A stretch of DNA of 64,000 bases from Bacteroidia bacterium (GTDB taxonomy: Bacteria > Bacteroidota > Ignavibacteria > UBA10030), in NCBI GenBank assembly GCA_022180565.1, contig BQML01000002.1, forward strand, positions 273,824 to 337,823, in the 5' to 3' direction. The notes under the pieces are model-generated. The model was not told the DNA's origin. It searched no databases and worked only from the letters and a program-made list of their open reading frames with translations. Shown piece after piece: positions 21,727 through 31,215 of the stretch. The stretch's first letter is position 1. Each line of letters opens with the position of its first letter. A program made the translations under genes and the position numbers.

Positions 21727-23139
21727 ATGTTAGTCCATCAGCGTACCATTAAGAACCCGGTGTCCCTGCACGGTGTAGGGCTTCATACCGGTGTGACGAC
21801 CACGATGACCTTTAAGCCGGCGCCGGAGAACTACGGTGTAAGATTCCGGCGCGTGGATATCGGCGGATCGCCGGAGATCCCGGCAGATGTTGATCATGTC
21901 GTGGACGTGGCGCGGGGCACGACGCTTGCGGTGGGCGAAGCCCGCGTGCATACGACCGAACACGTTCTTGCTGCCGTCTTCGGCCTCCAGGTGGACAACC
22001 TCATCATTGAGCTCGACAACATCGAACCGCCGATCGCCGACGGCAGTGCGAAGCCGTTTGTGGACATGCTCCTCAAGGCTGGCTTTGTGGATCAGGACGA
22101 GCCGAAGGACTATCTGGTCATTGACCAGACCATTCACTACCAGAACGAAGAGAAGGGCGTGGACATCGTGGCGCTCCCGACCGATGATTTCCGCGTCTCC
22201 GTGGTGATTGACTACAACAATCCTGCCTTGGGCAGTCAGCATACGGGGTTGTTCAACCTGGAGAAAGAATTTGTTCCCGAATTCTCATCCGCCCGGACGT
22301 TTTGCTTCCTGCACGAAGTCGAGCAACTCCGCGAGGCGGGATTGATCAAGGGCGGCAACCTCGACAACGCGATCGTGATTGTGGACCGCGAGGTGAGCGA
22401 ACAGGACATGAAGCGGCTGGCTCACAAGCTGGGGATCGACCATTCCGTGATCCTCGGGAACACAGGAACGCTGAACAATAAGAAACTGCACTACCGCAAC
22501 GAACCTGCCCGCCACAAGTTGTTGGACCTGATCGGCGACCTTGCGCTGATCGGCGCGCCGCTCAAGGCGCAGATCCTTGCCGCCCGGCCCGGCCACGCGA
22601 GCAACGTGGAGTTCGCGCGCAAGGTCCGCAAGCTGTACCAGCAGAAGAAACTTGTCCGGAAGTATCAGCATGAGAAGAAGCAGGGCGTCGTGTTCGATAC
22701 CAACGCCATCATGCGGATCCTTCCGCACCGGTACCCGTTTCTCCTCGTGGACAAGATCATCGATTTTGAACTGGACAAGCGCGTCGTGGGTGTGAAGAGT
22801 GTGACCATGAATGAGTTCTTTTTCCAGGGCCATTTTCCGGGGGCGCCGGTGATGCCGGGCGTGCTGATCATCGAAGCCATTGCGCAGGCCGGCGGTGTAC
22901 TGCTGCTGAACGGCCTCGAGAATCCCGGCGACAAGCTTGTGTATTTCATGGCCATCAACAATGTGAAATTCCGAAAGCCGGTTGTTCCCGGAGATCAGCT
23001 CATTCTCGACGTTGAAATGATTTCCCGTCGCAGCAAGGTCATTCAGGTCAAGGGAAAGGCCTCTGTGGATGGCGCGGTGGTGGCCGAAGGGGAGTTCATG
23101 GCCATGATTATCGATCGCGCCAAAGGACCGGACGCCTGA
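21727..23139 (+). CDS. lpxC: bifunctional UDP-3-O-acyl-GlcNAc deacetylase / 3-hydroxyacyl-ACP dehydratase (LpxC-FabZ fusion)
   Basis: N-terminal LpxC (…TIKNPVSLHGVGLHTG…, …HTTEHVLAAV…), C-terminal FabZ hot-dog (…HFPGAPVMPGVLIIEAIAQAGG…); 470 aa. Confidence 0.95.
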   Translation: MLVHQRTIKNPVSLHGVGLHTGVTTTMTFKPAPENYGVRFRRVDIGGSPEIPADVDHVVDVARGTTLAVGEARVHTTEHVLAAVFGLQVDNLIIELDNIEPPIADGSAKPFVDMLLKAGFVDQDEPKDYLVIDQTIHYQNEEKGVDIVALPTDDFRVSVVIDYNNPALGSQHTGLFNLEKEFVPEFSSARTFCFLHEVEQLREAGLIKGGNLDNAIVIVDREVSEQDMKRLAHKLGIDHSVILGNTGTLNNKKLHYRNEPARHKLLDLIGDLALIGAPLKAQILAARPGHASNVEFARKVRKLYQQKKLVRKYQHEKKQGVVFDTNAIMRILPHRYPFLLVDKIIDFELDKRVVGVKSVTMNEFFFQGHFPGAPVMPGVLIIEAIAQAGGVLLLNGLENPGDKLVYFMAINNVKFRKPVVPGDQLILDVEMISRRSKVIQVKGKASVDGAVVAEGEFMAMIIDRAKGPDA

Positions 23140-23152
23140 CGGGCCATCGCGC

Positions 23153-23947
23153 ATGAGCACACAGATAGACCCCCGCGCCGTCGTCAGCCCGAAAGCCGCC
23201 CTTGGAGAGGGAGTGCGAATCGGACCATTCGCGGTCATTGAAGAGGATGTAGTGATTGGTGCAGGGACGTCGGTTGGCCCCCATGCAATGATCTATGCAG
23301 GCACGCGGATTGGAAAGGACTGCAGGATTTTCAACAGCGCTTCGGTGGGCGGTCCGCCCCAAGACCTGAAATTCAAGGGTGAAACCACGTATCTTGAAAT
23401 CGGCGACCGGACGGTCATTCGCGAATTTGCCACCTTGAATCGTGCCACGGGCGAGAGCGGCGTGACGCGGGTTGGGTCGGATTGCCTCTTAATGGCCTAC
23501 ACGCACGTTGCGCATGATTGTCAGTTGGGAAACCACGTCATTCTGGCGAATTGTGCCGCCCTCGGCGGCCATGTGATCATGGGTGACTATGCCATCATCG
23601 GCGGATTAACGCCGGTACACCAGTTTGTTCATATTGGAGAACACTCGATGATCGGCGGTGGATTCCGGGTTCCCAAGGATGTTCCTCCCTTTGTCCTGGC
23701 GGGCGATGATCCGCTGGGATTCGAGCGTCTGAACCTGCTCGGATTGCGTCGGCGCGGGTTCTCCAGCAAGGTCATTGAACTCCTGGACCTCGCATATCGT
23801 ACCCTCTATAAATCCAATCTGAACGTGTCACAGGCCGTGCAGAAGATCCGGGATGAGGTCGAACTTGTTCCGGAGGTTCAGCGCGTTCTCGATTTCATCG
23901 CGGAAAGCAAGCGCGGGATCATTCCGGCGGCGGGCCGGCGGGATTGA
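23153..23947 (+). CDS. lpxA: acyl-ACP--UDP-N-acetylglucosamine O-acyltransferase
   Basis: Hexapeptide repeats and LpxA C-terminal helical domain; 264 aa. Confidence 0.95.
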   Translation: MSTQIDPRAVVSPKAALGEGVRIGPFAVIEEDVVIGAGTSVGPHAMIYAGTRIGKDCRIFNSASVGGPPQDLKFKGETTYLEIGDRTVIREFATLNRATGESGVTRVGSDCLLMAYTHVAHDCQLGNHVILANCAALGGHVIMGDYAIIGGLTPVHQFVHIGEHSMIGGGFRVPKDVPPFVLAGDDPLGFERLNLLGLRRRGFSSKVIELLDLAYRTLYKSNLNVSQAVQKIRDEVELVPEVQRVLDFIAESKRGIIPAAGRRD

Positions 23948-23951
23948 AGGT

Positions 23952-24725
23952 ATGACCTGGAGGTTTCTGAACAGCGGCGCGGGCCCCGGGAAGCTGAATA
24001 TGGAAATTGACGAAGGCCTTGCGCTTGCTCTGCTCCGGGACGAAGGATTTCCTTCGATTCGGGTCTACGGCTGGAAGCCCTGGACTCTCTCCCTGGGGTG
24101 GAACCAATCGCCGGAAGATGTGCTTCTGGATCGAGCCGAGGCGGATGGAATTGACGTGGTCCGCAGACCCACGGGGGGTCGGGCCGTGCTGCACGCGAAT
24201 GAGCTGACGTACGCGGTCGTGATGAAGGCTGACGGAAAAAATGTACGAGAGGTTCACCGTATGATTAGTGAAGGACTCCTTTGCGCAGTGCAGAGGCTGG
24301 GCGTGGAGGCGGCGATGGAAGAGCGCGGGAGCGGTCTTCCCGGGGGGGCGTTTCGGTCGGGGGCATGCTTTGTGGCCGCGGCCCGATCGGAGATTGTTGT
24401 TGCCGGTCGAAAGCTTGTCGGAAGTGCGCAACGGCGATACGGCGCCCCCGGGCGGGAAAGCGTGGTCCTCCAGCACGGGTCCCTTCTGTTAGGTGACGAT
24501 CATATCCGCATCGTCGATTACCTTCGGATGCCGGGGGGTACGAGAGATGCTCTTCGGCGGGAGCTTCGGAGGCGCTCAACGAATCTCTCTGCAGAATTGG
24601 GAAGAAGGGTCACGTTCGAAGAAGCGGCCGCGGCCGTCAAGGAAGGTTTTGAAAAAGCGTGGGATGTCCGGTTGGGGTTTGTTGCCATCGTGTCAGAGCT
24701 TGAACATGAAACGACAGCCAACTGA
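23952..24725 (+). CDS. lipoate-protein ligase / octanoyltransferase family protein (BPL/LPL catalytic domain)
   Basis: …[11 protein letters not shown]… and Lys-containing …KLVGSAQRR… motifs of the LplA/LipB fold; ATG at 23952 with GAAGG Shine-Dalgarno. Confidence 0.75.
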   Translation: MTWRFLNSGAGPGKLNMEIDEGLALALLRDEGFPSIRVYGWKPWTLSLGWNQSPEDVLLDRAEADGIDVVRRPTGGRAVLHANELTYAVVMKADGKNVREVHRMISEGLLCAVQRLGVEAAMEERGSGLPGGAFRSGACFVAAARSEIVVAGRKLVGSAQRRYGAPGRESVVLQHGSLLLGDDHIRIVDYLRMPGGTRDALRRELRRRSTNLSAELGRRVTFEEAAAAVKEGFEKAWDVRLGFVAIVSELEHETTAN

Positions 24726-25527
24726 AGAAGTCAGGAGAGTCACCACGAAGGCTGTGGCGGCTTTCAAAGAGAAAGGGCGGGCGATTGCTTGTCTGACGGC
24801 GTATGATTTCCTCACCGCGAAACTTCTCGACCAGGCGGGTGTGGACATTATCCTTGTGGGTGATTCGCTGGGGATGGTTTTCCAGGGGCATGAGACGACG
24901 CTCCCGGTGACGCTCGATGAAATGATTTACCATGCGAAGGCCGTGGTCCGCGGCGTCGAGCGGGCGATGGTGATTGTGGACATGCCGTTCATGAGCTACC
25001 AGGCCGATGCACAAGAGGGGTTTCGGAATGCGGGGAGGATTATGAAGGAAACGGGGGCGGGAGGAGTAAAGGTTGAGGGGGGGCGCGAAGTGACGGAGAT
25101 GATCCGGCTCACCACGGGTTCCGGGATTCCCGTCATGGGTCACATAGGTCTGATGCCGCAGTCGATCCACCGGTACGGAGGGTATCAGCCGCGAGGGGCC
25201 ACGAAGGAAGAGGCGCGCCGTATTCTGGCGGACGCCCGGGCACTCGAGGAGGCGGGAGTGTTTGCCATTGTTCTGGAGAAGATCCCCGCCGCGTTGGCTG
25301 CTCGCGTGACGGCATCCGTCAAAGTCCCGACGATCGGCATCGGCGCGGGGCCGCGGTGTGATGGGCAAATCCTTGTCGTTTCTGACATGCTCGGTCTGTA
25401 TGAAGAATTCCGTCCGCGCTTCGTTCGGCGTTATGCGGCCCTGGCCGACACGATTCGTACCGCCGTTGAAACCTATGTCAAAAACGTGAGGGAAGGAACA
25501 TTTCCCTCGAAGCAGGAAAGCTACTGA
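24706..25527 (+). CDS. panB: 3-methyl-2-oxobutanoate hydroxymethyltransferase
   Basis: …[30 protein letters not shown]…, …[14 protein letters not shown]…; start at MKRQPTEE (24706) overlaps the upstream gene by 20 nt. Confidence 0.9.
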   Translation: MKRQPTEEVRRVTTKAVAAFKEKGRAIACLTAYDFLTAKLLDQAGVDIILVGDSLGMVFQGHETTLPVTLDEMIYHAKAVVRGVERAMVIVDMPFMSYQADAQEGFRNAGRIMKETGAGGVKVEGGREVTEMIRLTTGSGIPVMGHIGLMPQSIHRYGGYQPRGATKEEARRILADARALEEAGVFAIVLEKIPAALAARVTASVKVPTIGIGAGPRCDGQILVVSDMLGLYEEFRPRFVRRYAALADTIRTAVETYVKNVREGTFPSKQESY

Positions 25528-25546
25528 GGCACGTCGTTTACTCCCC

Positions 25547-26341
25547 ATGACTTCCCGTTCATCCCGCCCCCGGCGTCCGCATATTCTTATCTCCAACGAC
25601 GACGGCATTGACGCGCCGGGTATTGCGGCCCTGGCCGCGGAGATCAAAAAGATCGGTGCGGTGACCGTGGTTGCTCCTGACCGTCAGCAGAGCGCCGTGG
25701 GGCATGCGATCACCATGAATTATCCCCTGCGCGTGAAAAAGTTCTTCAAGAGCGGACGGTTCTTCGGCTATGCGGTGGAAGGGACGCCGGCGGATGCGGT
25801 GAAGCTGGCCGTCCGGGCCCTCCTTCCCCGTAAACCGGATCTGTTGATCTCCGGCATCAACCACGGATCGAACACCGCGATCAGCGTTATTTATTCCGGC
25901 ACAGTTTCGGCGGCGACTGAGGGGACAATCCTCGGAATTCCATCCATTGCCGTGTCTCTGACAACATTCGGCAAAGCAGACTTTTCCTTTTCGGCACGTT
26001 TTACGCGTCGCCTTGCGCGGCTCGTGATGCGCAACGGGCTCCCCAAAGGGACGCTCCTGAATGTGAACATTCCTCCTGTTCGCCGGAGAGAAGTGCGCGG
26101 CGTGCTCATTACGCGACAGGGAAAATCCACATGGGACGATACCTTTGATGCGCGGCGGGATCCTGCAAACAAGGAGTACTACTGGCTCACCGGCGCGTTG
26201 AGAGAGGCCGAGAGAGGGCAGGATGCGGACCAATGGGCAGTGACGCATCGGTACATTTCCATTACGCCCATCCAGTATGATTTGACGGACTACTCCATGC
26301 TGAAGACGATGGGCGGTTGGGGAGTGGAGAAACTCCGATAA
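25547..26341 (+). CDS. surE: 5'/3'-nucleotidase SurE
   Basis: …ILISNDDGIDAPGI…VVAPDRQQSAVGHAIT…INHGSNT… motifs; 264 aa. Confidence 0.9.
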   Translation: MTSRSSRPRRPHILISNDDGIDAPGIAALAAEIKKIGAVTVVAPDRQQSAVGHAITMNYPLRVKKFFKSGRFFGYAVEGTPADAVKLAVRALLPRKPDLLISGINHGSNTAISVIYSGTVSAATEGTILGIPSIAVSLTTFGKADFSFSARFTRRLARLVMRNGLPKGTLLNVNIPPVRRREVRGVLITRQGKSTWDDTFDARRDPANKEYYWLTGALREAERGQDADQWAVTHRYISITPIQYDLTDYSMLKTMGGWGVEKLR

Positions 26342-26364
26342 GTCGTTTCCTCGAGGGGAAATCC

Positions 26365-26748
26365 ATGTATTCTTATACCGCGATAACCGAAGGCGTTCAG
26401 GTTACCGTCAGGCCGGTGTACCTCGACGGCCAGTCCAATGTGCTGGAGCGCAAGTTTGTTTTTGCCTACTTCATCACCATCGCCAACAAGGGGTCAGTAT
26501 CGATTCAGCTTCTCCGAAGGCATTGGGTCATTCGGCACGGGAGCGGGAAGATCGAGGAAGTGGAGGGTGAGGGGGTCGTCGGAAAACAGCCCGTGATCCA
26601 ACCGGGCGGGGATCATGATTACAACAGTTATTGTGTACTCGACACACCGGAGGGATCGATGGAAGGAACGTATCTGATGCGCAGGGAGGATGGATCAGAG
26701 TTCCAGGCCGTGATCCCGAAGTTCAACCTTCGGGCCATGGCGAACTAA
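26365..26748 (+). CDS. apaG: ApaG domain protein
   Basis: ApaG/DUF525 fold consensus (…VRPVYLDGQS…YFITIAN…GEGVVGKQPVIQPG…). Confidence 0.8.
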   Translation: MYSYTAITEGVQVTVRPVYLDGQSNVLERKFVFAYFITIANKGSVSIQLLRRHWVIRHGSGKIEEVEGEGVVGKQPVIQPGGDHDYNSYCVLDTPEGSMEGTYLMRREDGSEFQAVIPKFNLRAMAN

Positions 26749-26750
26749 AA

Positions 26751-26826
26751 GTCAGAAGTCAGAAGTCAGAAGGGGCTTGTCCCTACTAACCTTCGACCTC
26801 TGATCTCTCTGACCTCTGACCTCTGA
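26751..26826. repeat. imperfect hairpin of heptamer repeats: (GTCAGAA)x3 ... about 25-nt spacer ... (CTCTGAC)x3, between convergent apaG and agcS
   Basis: Read directly; the right arm is approximately the reverse complement of the left (6/7 per unit). Confidence 0.6.
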
Positions 26827-26832
26827 TTCCCC

Positions 26833-28281
26833 CTAGTCTCCAAACGGCCTTGTGATTGTTCCTTCATCCCACCGCTTCAAATAGTCGTTCGTCACCTGTC
26901 GTACGATGCCGCCGAGGAGAATCAGCCCTATCAGATTTGGAATGGCCATGAGGGCATTCCCGATGTCTCCAAAGTTCCAGACAATCCGCAGATAGTCTCC
27001 CTGCAGTACCGCTCCCATGAAGACAAACAAGCAAAAGACATAGCGGTACGGGAGCACACTCTTGACTCCCCACATGTACTTGGCCCCCTGCTCGCCGTAG
27101 TATGACCACCCAAGCAGGGTTGTGTAGCCGAACAGCAGACTGCTCATGCTGACGATCCAGCCGCCCAAATCGGTTCCCAGCCCGACGGCGAAGGCGGACT
27201 TCGTCAATTCCGTGCTCGTAAGGCCGGTTGTATGCGGATGGAGGTTGGAGTTCAGGATCACGAATGTGGTCATGCTGCAGACGATGATCGTGTCGATGAA
27301 TGTCCCCATCATGGCCACCATGCCCTGCGCGGATGCCTCGTTGCCCTTGGCTGCGGCCGCGGGAATGGAGCAGGATCCGATTCCGGATTCATTCGAGAGT
27401 GTTCCGCGGGCAACGCCGAAGCGGATGGCTTCCTTGACCGTATGACCCAGAAATCCGCCCACCATGGCTTCGTTGGTGAGAGCCGATTCCAGAACGATGG
27501 CGAGGATTGCAGGGATGTTCGTGAAGTTCGACAGAATGACATAAAGGCCGGCGCCCATGTAGAGAACAATCATGCCGGGAACGAGCCTCTCGGCCACGAT
27601 GGCGATCCGCTTGATCCCTCCAATGATCACGATACCGGTGAGAAAGGCAAGGAGCAGTCCCGTGACAATGAACGGAATTCCGAAATCGCTGTTAAGAGCG
27701 AGAGCGATCGAGTTCGATTGCGCCATGTTTCCACTGCCGAACGTTGCCATGAGCACCACGGCGACGGAGAACCAGAGTGCGAGAAATTTCCCGAGTCCCT
27801 TGTTCTTCAGTCCGTCACGCAAATAGTACATCGCGCCGCCGCTGTACGTCCCATCCGCCGTCTTGATGCGGTACTTCAGGCCGAGCATTCCCTCGGCATA
27901 CTTGGTCGCCATGCCGAAGACGGCGGTCATCCACATCCAGAAGGGGGCTCCGGGGCCTCCGCTTGCAATGGCTGTTGCCACACCGGCTATGTTGCCGTTT
28001 CCAACCGTGGCCGCGAGGGCTGTCATGAGGGCTTGGAACGGCGTCACGTCGCCGGTTCGTCCTTCCATTTCCGCCTTGCTCCTGCCTTTCAGCGTCAGCC
28101 TCATTGCGAGTCCGAGCCGGCGGATCTGAATGAATCCGGTCTTGTAGCTCATGTAGATGCCCGTGATGGCCAAGAGCACGACGACTCCGGGAAAGAATCC
28201 TATCCCGGGGATTTCCGGCCACCAGATGTGGTCCGCAATGACGGTCGTTATTTCAAGCAGGGTGTCGAGAAAACCTTCCAT
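26833..28281 (-). CDS. sodium:alanine (amino acid) symporter, AGCS family
   Basis: 482 aa polytopic membrane protein; AGCS signature …GNGNIAGVATAIASGGPGAPFWMW…. Confidence 0.9.
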   Translation of the reverse strand: MEGFLDTLLEITTVIADHIWWPEIPGIGFFPGVVVLLAITGIYMSYKTGFIQIRRLGLAMRLTLKGRSKAEMEGRTGDVTPFQALMTALAATVGNGNIAGVATAIASGGPGAPFWMWMTAVFGMATKYAEGMLGLKYRIKTADGTYSGGAMYYLRDGLKNKGLGKFLALWFSVAVVLMATFGSGNMAQSNSIALALNSDFGIPFIVTGLLLAFLTGIVIIGGIKRIAIVAERLVPGMIVLYMGAGLYVILSNFTNIPAILAIVLESALTNEAMVGGFLGHTVKEAIRFGVARGTLSNESGIGSCSIPAAAAKGNEASAQGMVAMMGTFIDTIIVCSMTTFVILNSNLHPHTTGLTSTELTKSAFAVGLGTDLGGWIVSMSSLLFGYTTLLGWSYYGEQGAKYMWGVKSVLPYRYVFCLFVFMGAVLQGDYLRIVWNFGDIGNALMAIPNLIGLILLGGIVRQVTNDYLKRWDEGTITRPFGD

Positions 28282-28342
28282 GAATTCTCCTGAGCGAGGT
28301 ACTGTGATGGCCGAACGGGAACGTGCGCTCTAACGCACATGA

Positions 28343-29683
28343 TCAGAACACGCCGAAAACATTCAACAAGATGATAGCGATAACGACTGGGCACACGTAA
28401 CGGATCAGGAACTCCCAGATTCCAAGGAGAGAAATCGTTCGTTCGGTAGTGCCCATCTTGATCTCTTCGAGGGCGTTCCGTGAACCCCAGACCCAGGCCA
28501 CGAAGATGCAGATGAACATGCCGCCGAGGGGAAGCGAGAGGTCGCTGAACAGAAAACTCATCAAGCTGAGAAAATCCTGCTGACCGAAGATATTGAGTTC
28601 ACCAAGGGCAGGGACGTAGCCCTGCGAAAGCGCCGATGGGACGCCGAGGACAAATACGAGAGCCGACACCACGAGCACGGATTTCTTTCGCGTCCATTGT
28701 TTCTCATCGACCAGAAAAGCCACAGGAACCTCGAGGAGAGAAACTGTCGAAGTGAGGGCGGCAATGGCAAGCAGGATGAAGAACAGGACGCCCAACAGTG
28801 TCCCGCCCGGCATCGTGGAAAACACACGGGGGAGAACTTCGAACACCAGGGAGGGGCCTTGAGTGGGCTCCACGCCGACGGCAAACAGCGCGGGGAAGAT
28901 CATGAGTCCGGCGAGAAAGGCGATCAGTGTGTCCGACAATGCAACCGCTGTCGCACTGAAAGGGATGTTCTCTTTTTTGGAGATGTAGCTTCCATAGGTA
29001 ATCATCGTTCCCATCCCGAGGCTAAGCGAAAAGAAGGCCTGCCCCAGCGCAGCGAGGAATGTGGAGCCATGAATCTTGCTGAAATCGGGATTGAGGTAGA
29101 ACTCCACCCCCTTCATGGCGCCGTCGAGCGTGAGGTTATAGATGATGAGGAGAAAGAGGATCGCGGCCAGCGCAGGCATGAGGAGCTTCGACCAGCGCTC
29201 AATGCCGCGCTCAACACCACCCAGGACCACATAGACCGTCAAGAGGAGAAAAGCCGTAAAGTACCCGAGCTCCTCCCAGGGGTTTGAAACGAATGCGGTA
29301 AAGGATTCGGTGGAAGGGATGATGGTGCGAACGATGAAGCCGAGCGTCCAGCCGGCAACAACAAGATAGAAGGAGAGGATTCCCGCTCCGGTGACGACGC
29401 CGAGATATCCCACGAGGGGCCAGACTTTGGATTTCGTCAGCTTCTTGAATGCTCCAACGGGGTTCAGGGTTGTATGCCTTCCCAGGGAGAGCTCGGCGAG
29501 GAGAATGGGCAGAGCGATGACCAGCACGCACGCAAGGTACAAGAGGACAAACGCCGCACCGCCATTTTGTCCCGTGACATAGGGATAACGCCAGATGTTG
29601 CCAAGGCCGATGGCTGATCCGGCCGCGGCCAGAATGAATCCGATGCGTGATCCCCACGTTCCCCGCCCGTTGTTTTCCATCAA
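28343..29683 (-). CDS. sodium-dependent transporter, neurotransmitter:sodium symporter (SNF/NSS) family
   Basis: …SAIGLGNIWRYPYVTGQNGGAAF… NSS signature; 446 aa, about 12 TM helices. Confidence 0.9.
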   Translation of the reverse strand: MMENNGRGTWGSRIGFILAAAGSAIGLGNIWRYPYVTGQNGGAAFVLLYLACVLVIALPILLAELSLGRHTTLNPVGAFKKLTKSKVWPLVGYLGVVTGAGILSFYLVVAGWTLGFIVRTIIPSTESFTAFVSNPWEELGYFTAFLLLTVYVVLGGVERGIERWSKLLMPALAAILFLLIIYNLTLDGAMKGVEFYLNPDFSKIHGSTFLAALGQAFFSLSLGMGTMITYGSYISKKENIPFSATAVALSDTLIAFLAGLMIFPALFAVGVEPTQGPSLVFEVLPRVFSTMPGGTLLGVLFFILLAIAALTSTVSLLEVPVAFLVDEKQWTRKKSVLVVSALVFVLGVPSALSQGYVPALGELNIFGQQDFLSLMSFLFSDLSLPLGGMFICIFVAWVWGSRNALEEIKMGTTERTISLLGIWEFLIRYVCPVVIAIILLNVFGVF

Positions 29684-29784
29684 GCCTCCAGGTTGTTCGG
29701 AAGTTGACGCCTATGATACAGAAATAGGGTCAGAGAATCAACGAAAAGTTGAATAGAGAGAAAGCGCTCTCTATATTCCTCCCC

Positions 29785-30225
29785 ATGAACGGGCGGCTCA
29801 TCCCAAAAAAAAGACCATCGGACGTTGAAAAACACCGCCTGACGGAGCCCGCCCTGAACACGCGGGGGCTGCAGTGTGTAACAAGAGGGACAGAACTCTT
29901 CAACCGCGGAAAATTTTGGGAGGCACATGAAGTCTGGGAGGAAGCGTGGAGGGGATGCGAGGAGGAAAGCCGGATCTTCTTTCAGGGGATCATCCAGGTC
30001 GCAGCGGGATACCATCTGCTGTTTGAGCGCCCGCGTCCGGCAGGGGCACGGAGGAACTTTCAAAAAGCGCTGGAAAAACTCGAGCTCTTCCCCGGGGAGT
30101 TCCTCGGATTCAATGTTGCAAAGATCAGGGCGGCGGTGAATGAGGCCCTCGAATGTCTTGGGAAACGAGGATCGTCGCCGGCCGATATTCCGGCCCCGTT
30201 CATCGACCGAAGGACGGCTCAATAG
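29785..30225 (+). CDS. DUF309 domain protein
   Basis: …FNRGKFWEAHEVWEEAWR… core of DUF309; ATG at 29785 preferred over the TTG at 29749 used by the ORF track. Confidence 0.6.
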   Translation: MNGRLIPKKRPSDVEKHRLTEPALNTRGLQCVTRGTELFNRGKFWEAHEVWEEAWRGCEEESRIFFQGIIQVAAGYHLLFERPRPAGARRNFQKALEKLELFPGEFLGFNVAKIRAAVNEALECLGKRGSSPADIPAPFIDRRTAQ

Positions 30226-31091
30226 ACGGTGTGCACCCCGTACTCGGCCGCGGCCCAAAGCGTGAGAATCGTCGTGAGGCCGGCAATGGCCCGCTTCTCG
30301 TCCTCCTTCCGAATCACCAGTCCGTACGTATCTGCCACGAAATGCATATTCTTCAGGATCTTCCCCGCAGCTTTCCTATCGATGGACCCATGCCAATGAT
30401 CCAGCTGCTCGAGGATCATTTGCTCGTGACGGCGAAGGAATTCCCCGAGAGAGATCACCTGTTCACTCAACGGCGTTCGCGGTGTGCAAACGGTTAGCAG
30501 GTCTGCTACATAATCGTCCCAGGCGAGGGAGAGCCGTCTGTTTTCCCGGCGACGGAGGTATTTTGCCCGGGCGATGGAGAATTTTGCCTTGGTTTGGACG
30601 CGAAAGCGTGGAACGATTGGATGAAAGTCATAGAGTGTCTCCACATGGCGCCGGTCGTGCTCGTCCCGTTCGTGGTACACCCAGTTGTTCTTCAGTTCGG
30701 ACCAGCTTTGGATCGTCAGAACTGCCTTGTCCTTGCTGTCGAGAAGAATGAACTTCCCGGCTTCTGCCTTCACTACGGTGACCCAGTGCTCCCATTCGTA
30801 CACGCAGAGGAGAGCCGGAATGCCCCTTCGCAGATACCCCGCGAGCTCACGCCTGGCGCGTTCCGGATCGTGCCGCCGGATCATGAGCATTTTGCAGTCA
30901 AAATAGCGCGCAGCCCTGCCCAGTCCTATCTCGTCGGTCCCGCTCCACCAGTGCGTTCCGGCCTTTTTGGCGATGACTTTCTCTTCAGCAGAGATTCCCA
31001 GCGCCACAAGCGCGTGCTTGAGCGCAAAAGGCCCGCATTGCCACTGATTCGGTTGTGGATACAATCCCATCGGCCTTGTTTTTGAATTCAA
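30219..31091 (-). CDS. hypothetical protein with an N-terminal papain-like cysteine peptidase domain (Peptidase_C39_2/BtrH_N-like; Q-x4-C-G-P motif)
   Basis: NQWQCGPFALKHALVALG near the N-terminus plus downstream His-rich region; C-terminal 150 aa of unknown function; 290 aa. Confidence 0.55.
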   Translation of the reverse strand: MNSKTRPMGLYPQPNQWQCGPFALKHALVALGISAEEKVIAKKAGTHWWSGTDEIGLGRAARYFDCKMLMIRRHDPERARRELAGYLRRGIPALLCVYEWEHWVTVVKAEAGKFILLDSKDKAVLTIQSWSELKNNWVYHERDEHDRRHVETLYDFHPIVPRFRVQTKAKFSIARAKYLRRRENRRLSLAWDDYVADLLTVCTPRTPLSEQVISLGEFLRRHEQMILEQLDHWHGSIDRKAAGKILKNMHFVADTYGLVIRKEDEKRAIAGLTTILTLWAAAEYGVHTVY

Positions 31092-31215
31092 CAGCGGAAA
31101 AAACTACCCAATCTTTACGGGAATAGCAATACAGAACAACCTCGGATAAACCGGTTCTTCTTGCCTCTCGTCAAAATCTTCCTATTTTTCAGCAACCACA
31201 AACATCTCTCGTGCG

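Noticed and set aside
22285-23238. 317-aa - strand ORF (also 20986-21714 and 21730-22242)
   Set aside because: Antisense to the lpxD and lpxC-fabZ genes
24637-25647. 336-aa - strand ORF (also 25559-26248)
   Set aside because: Antisense to panB and surE
27232-28293. 353-aa + strand ORF
   Set aside because: Antisense to the AGCS symporter; translation is His/Gly/Arg-rich nonsense
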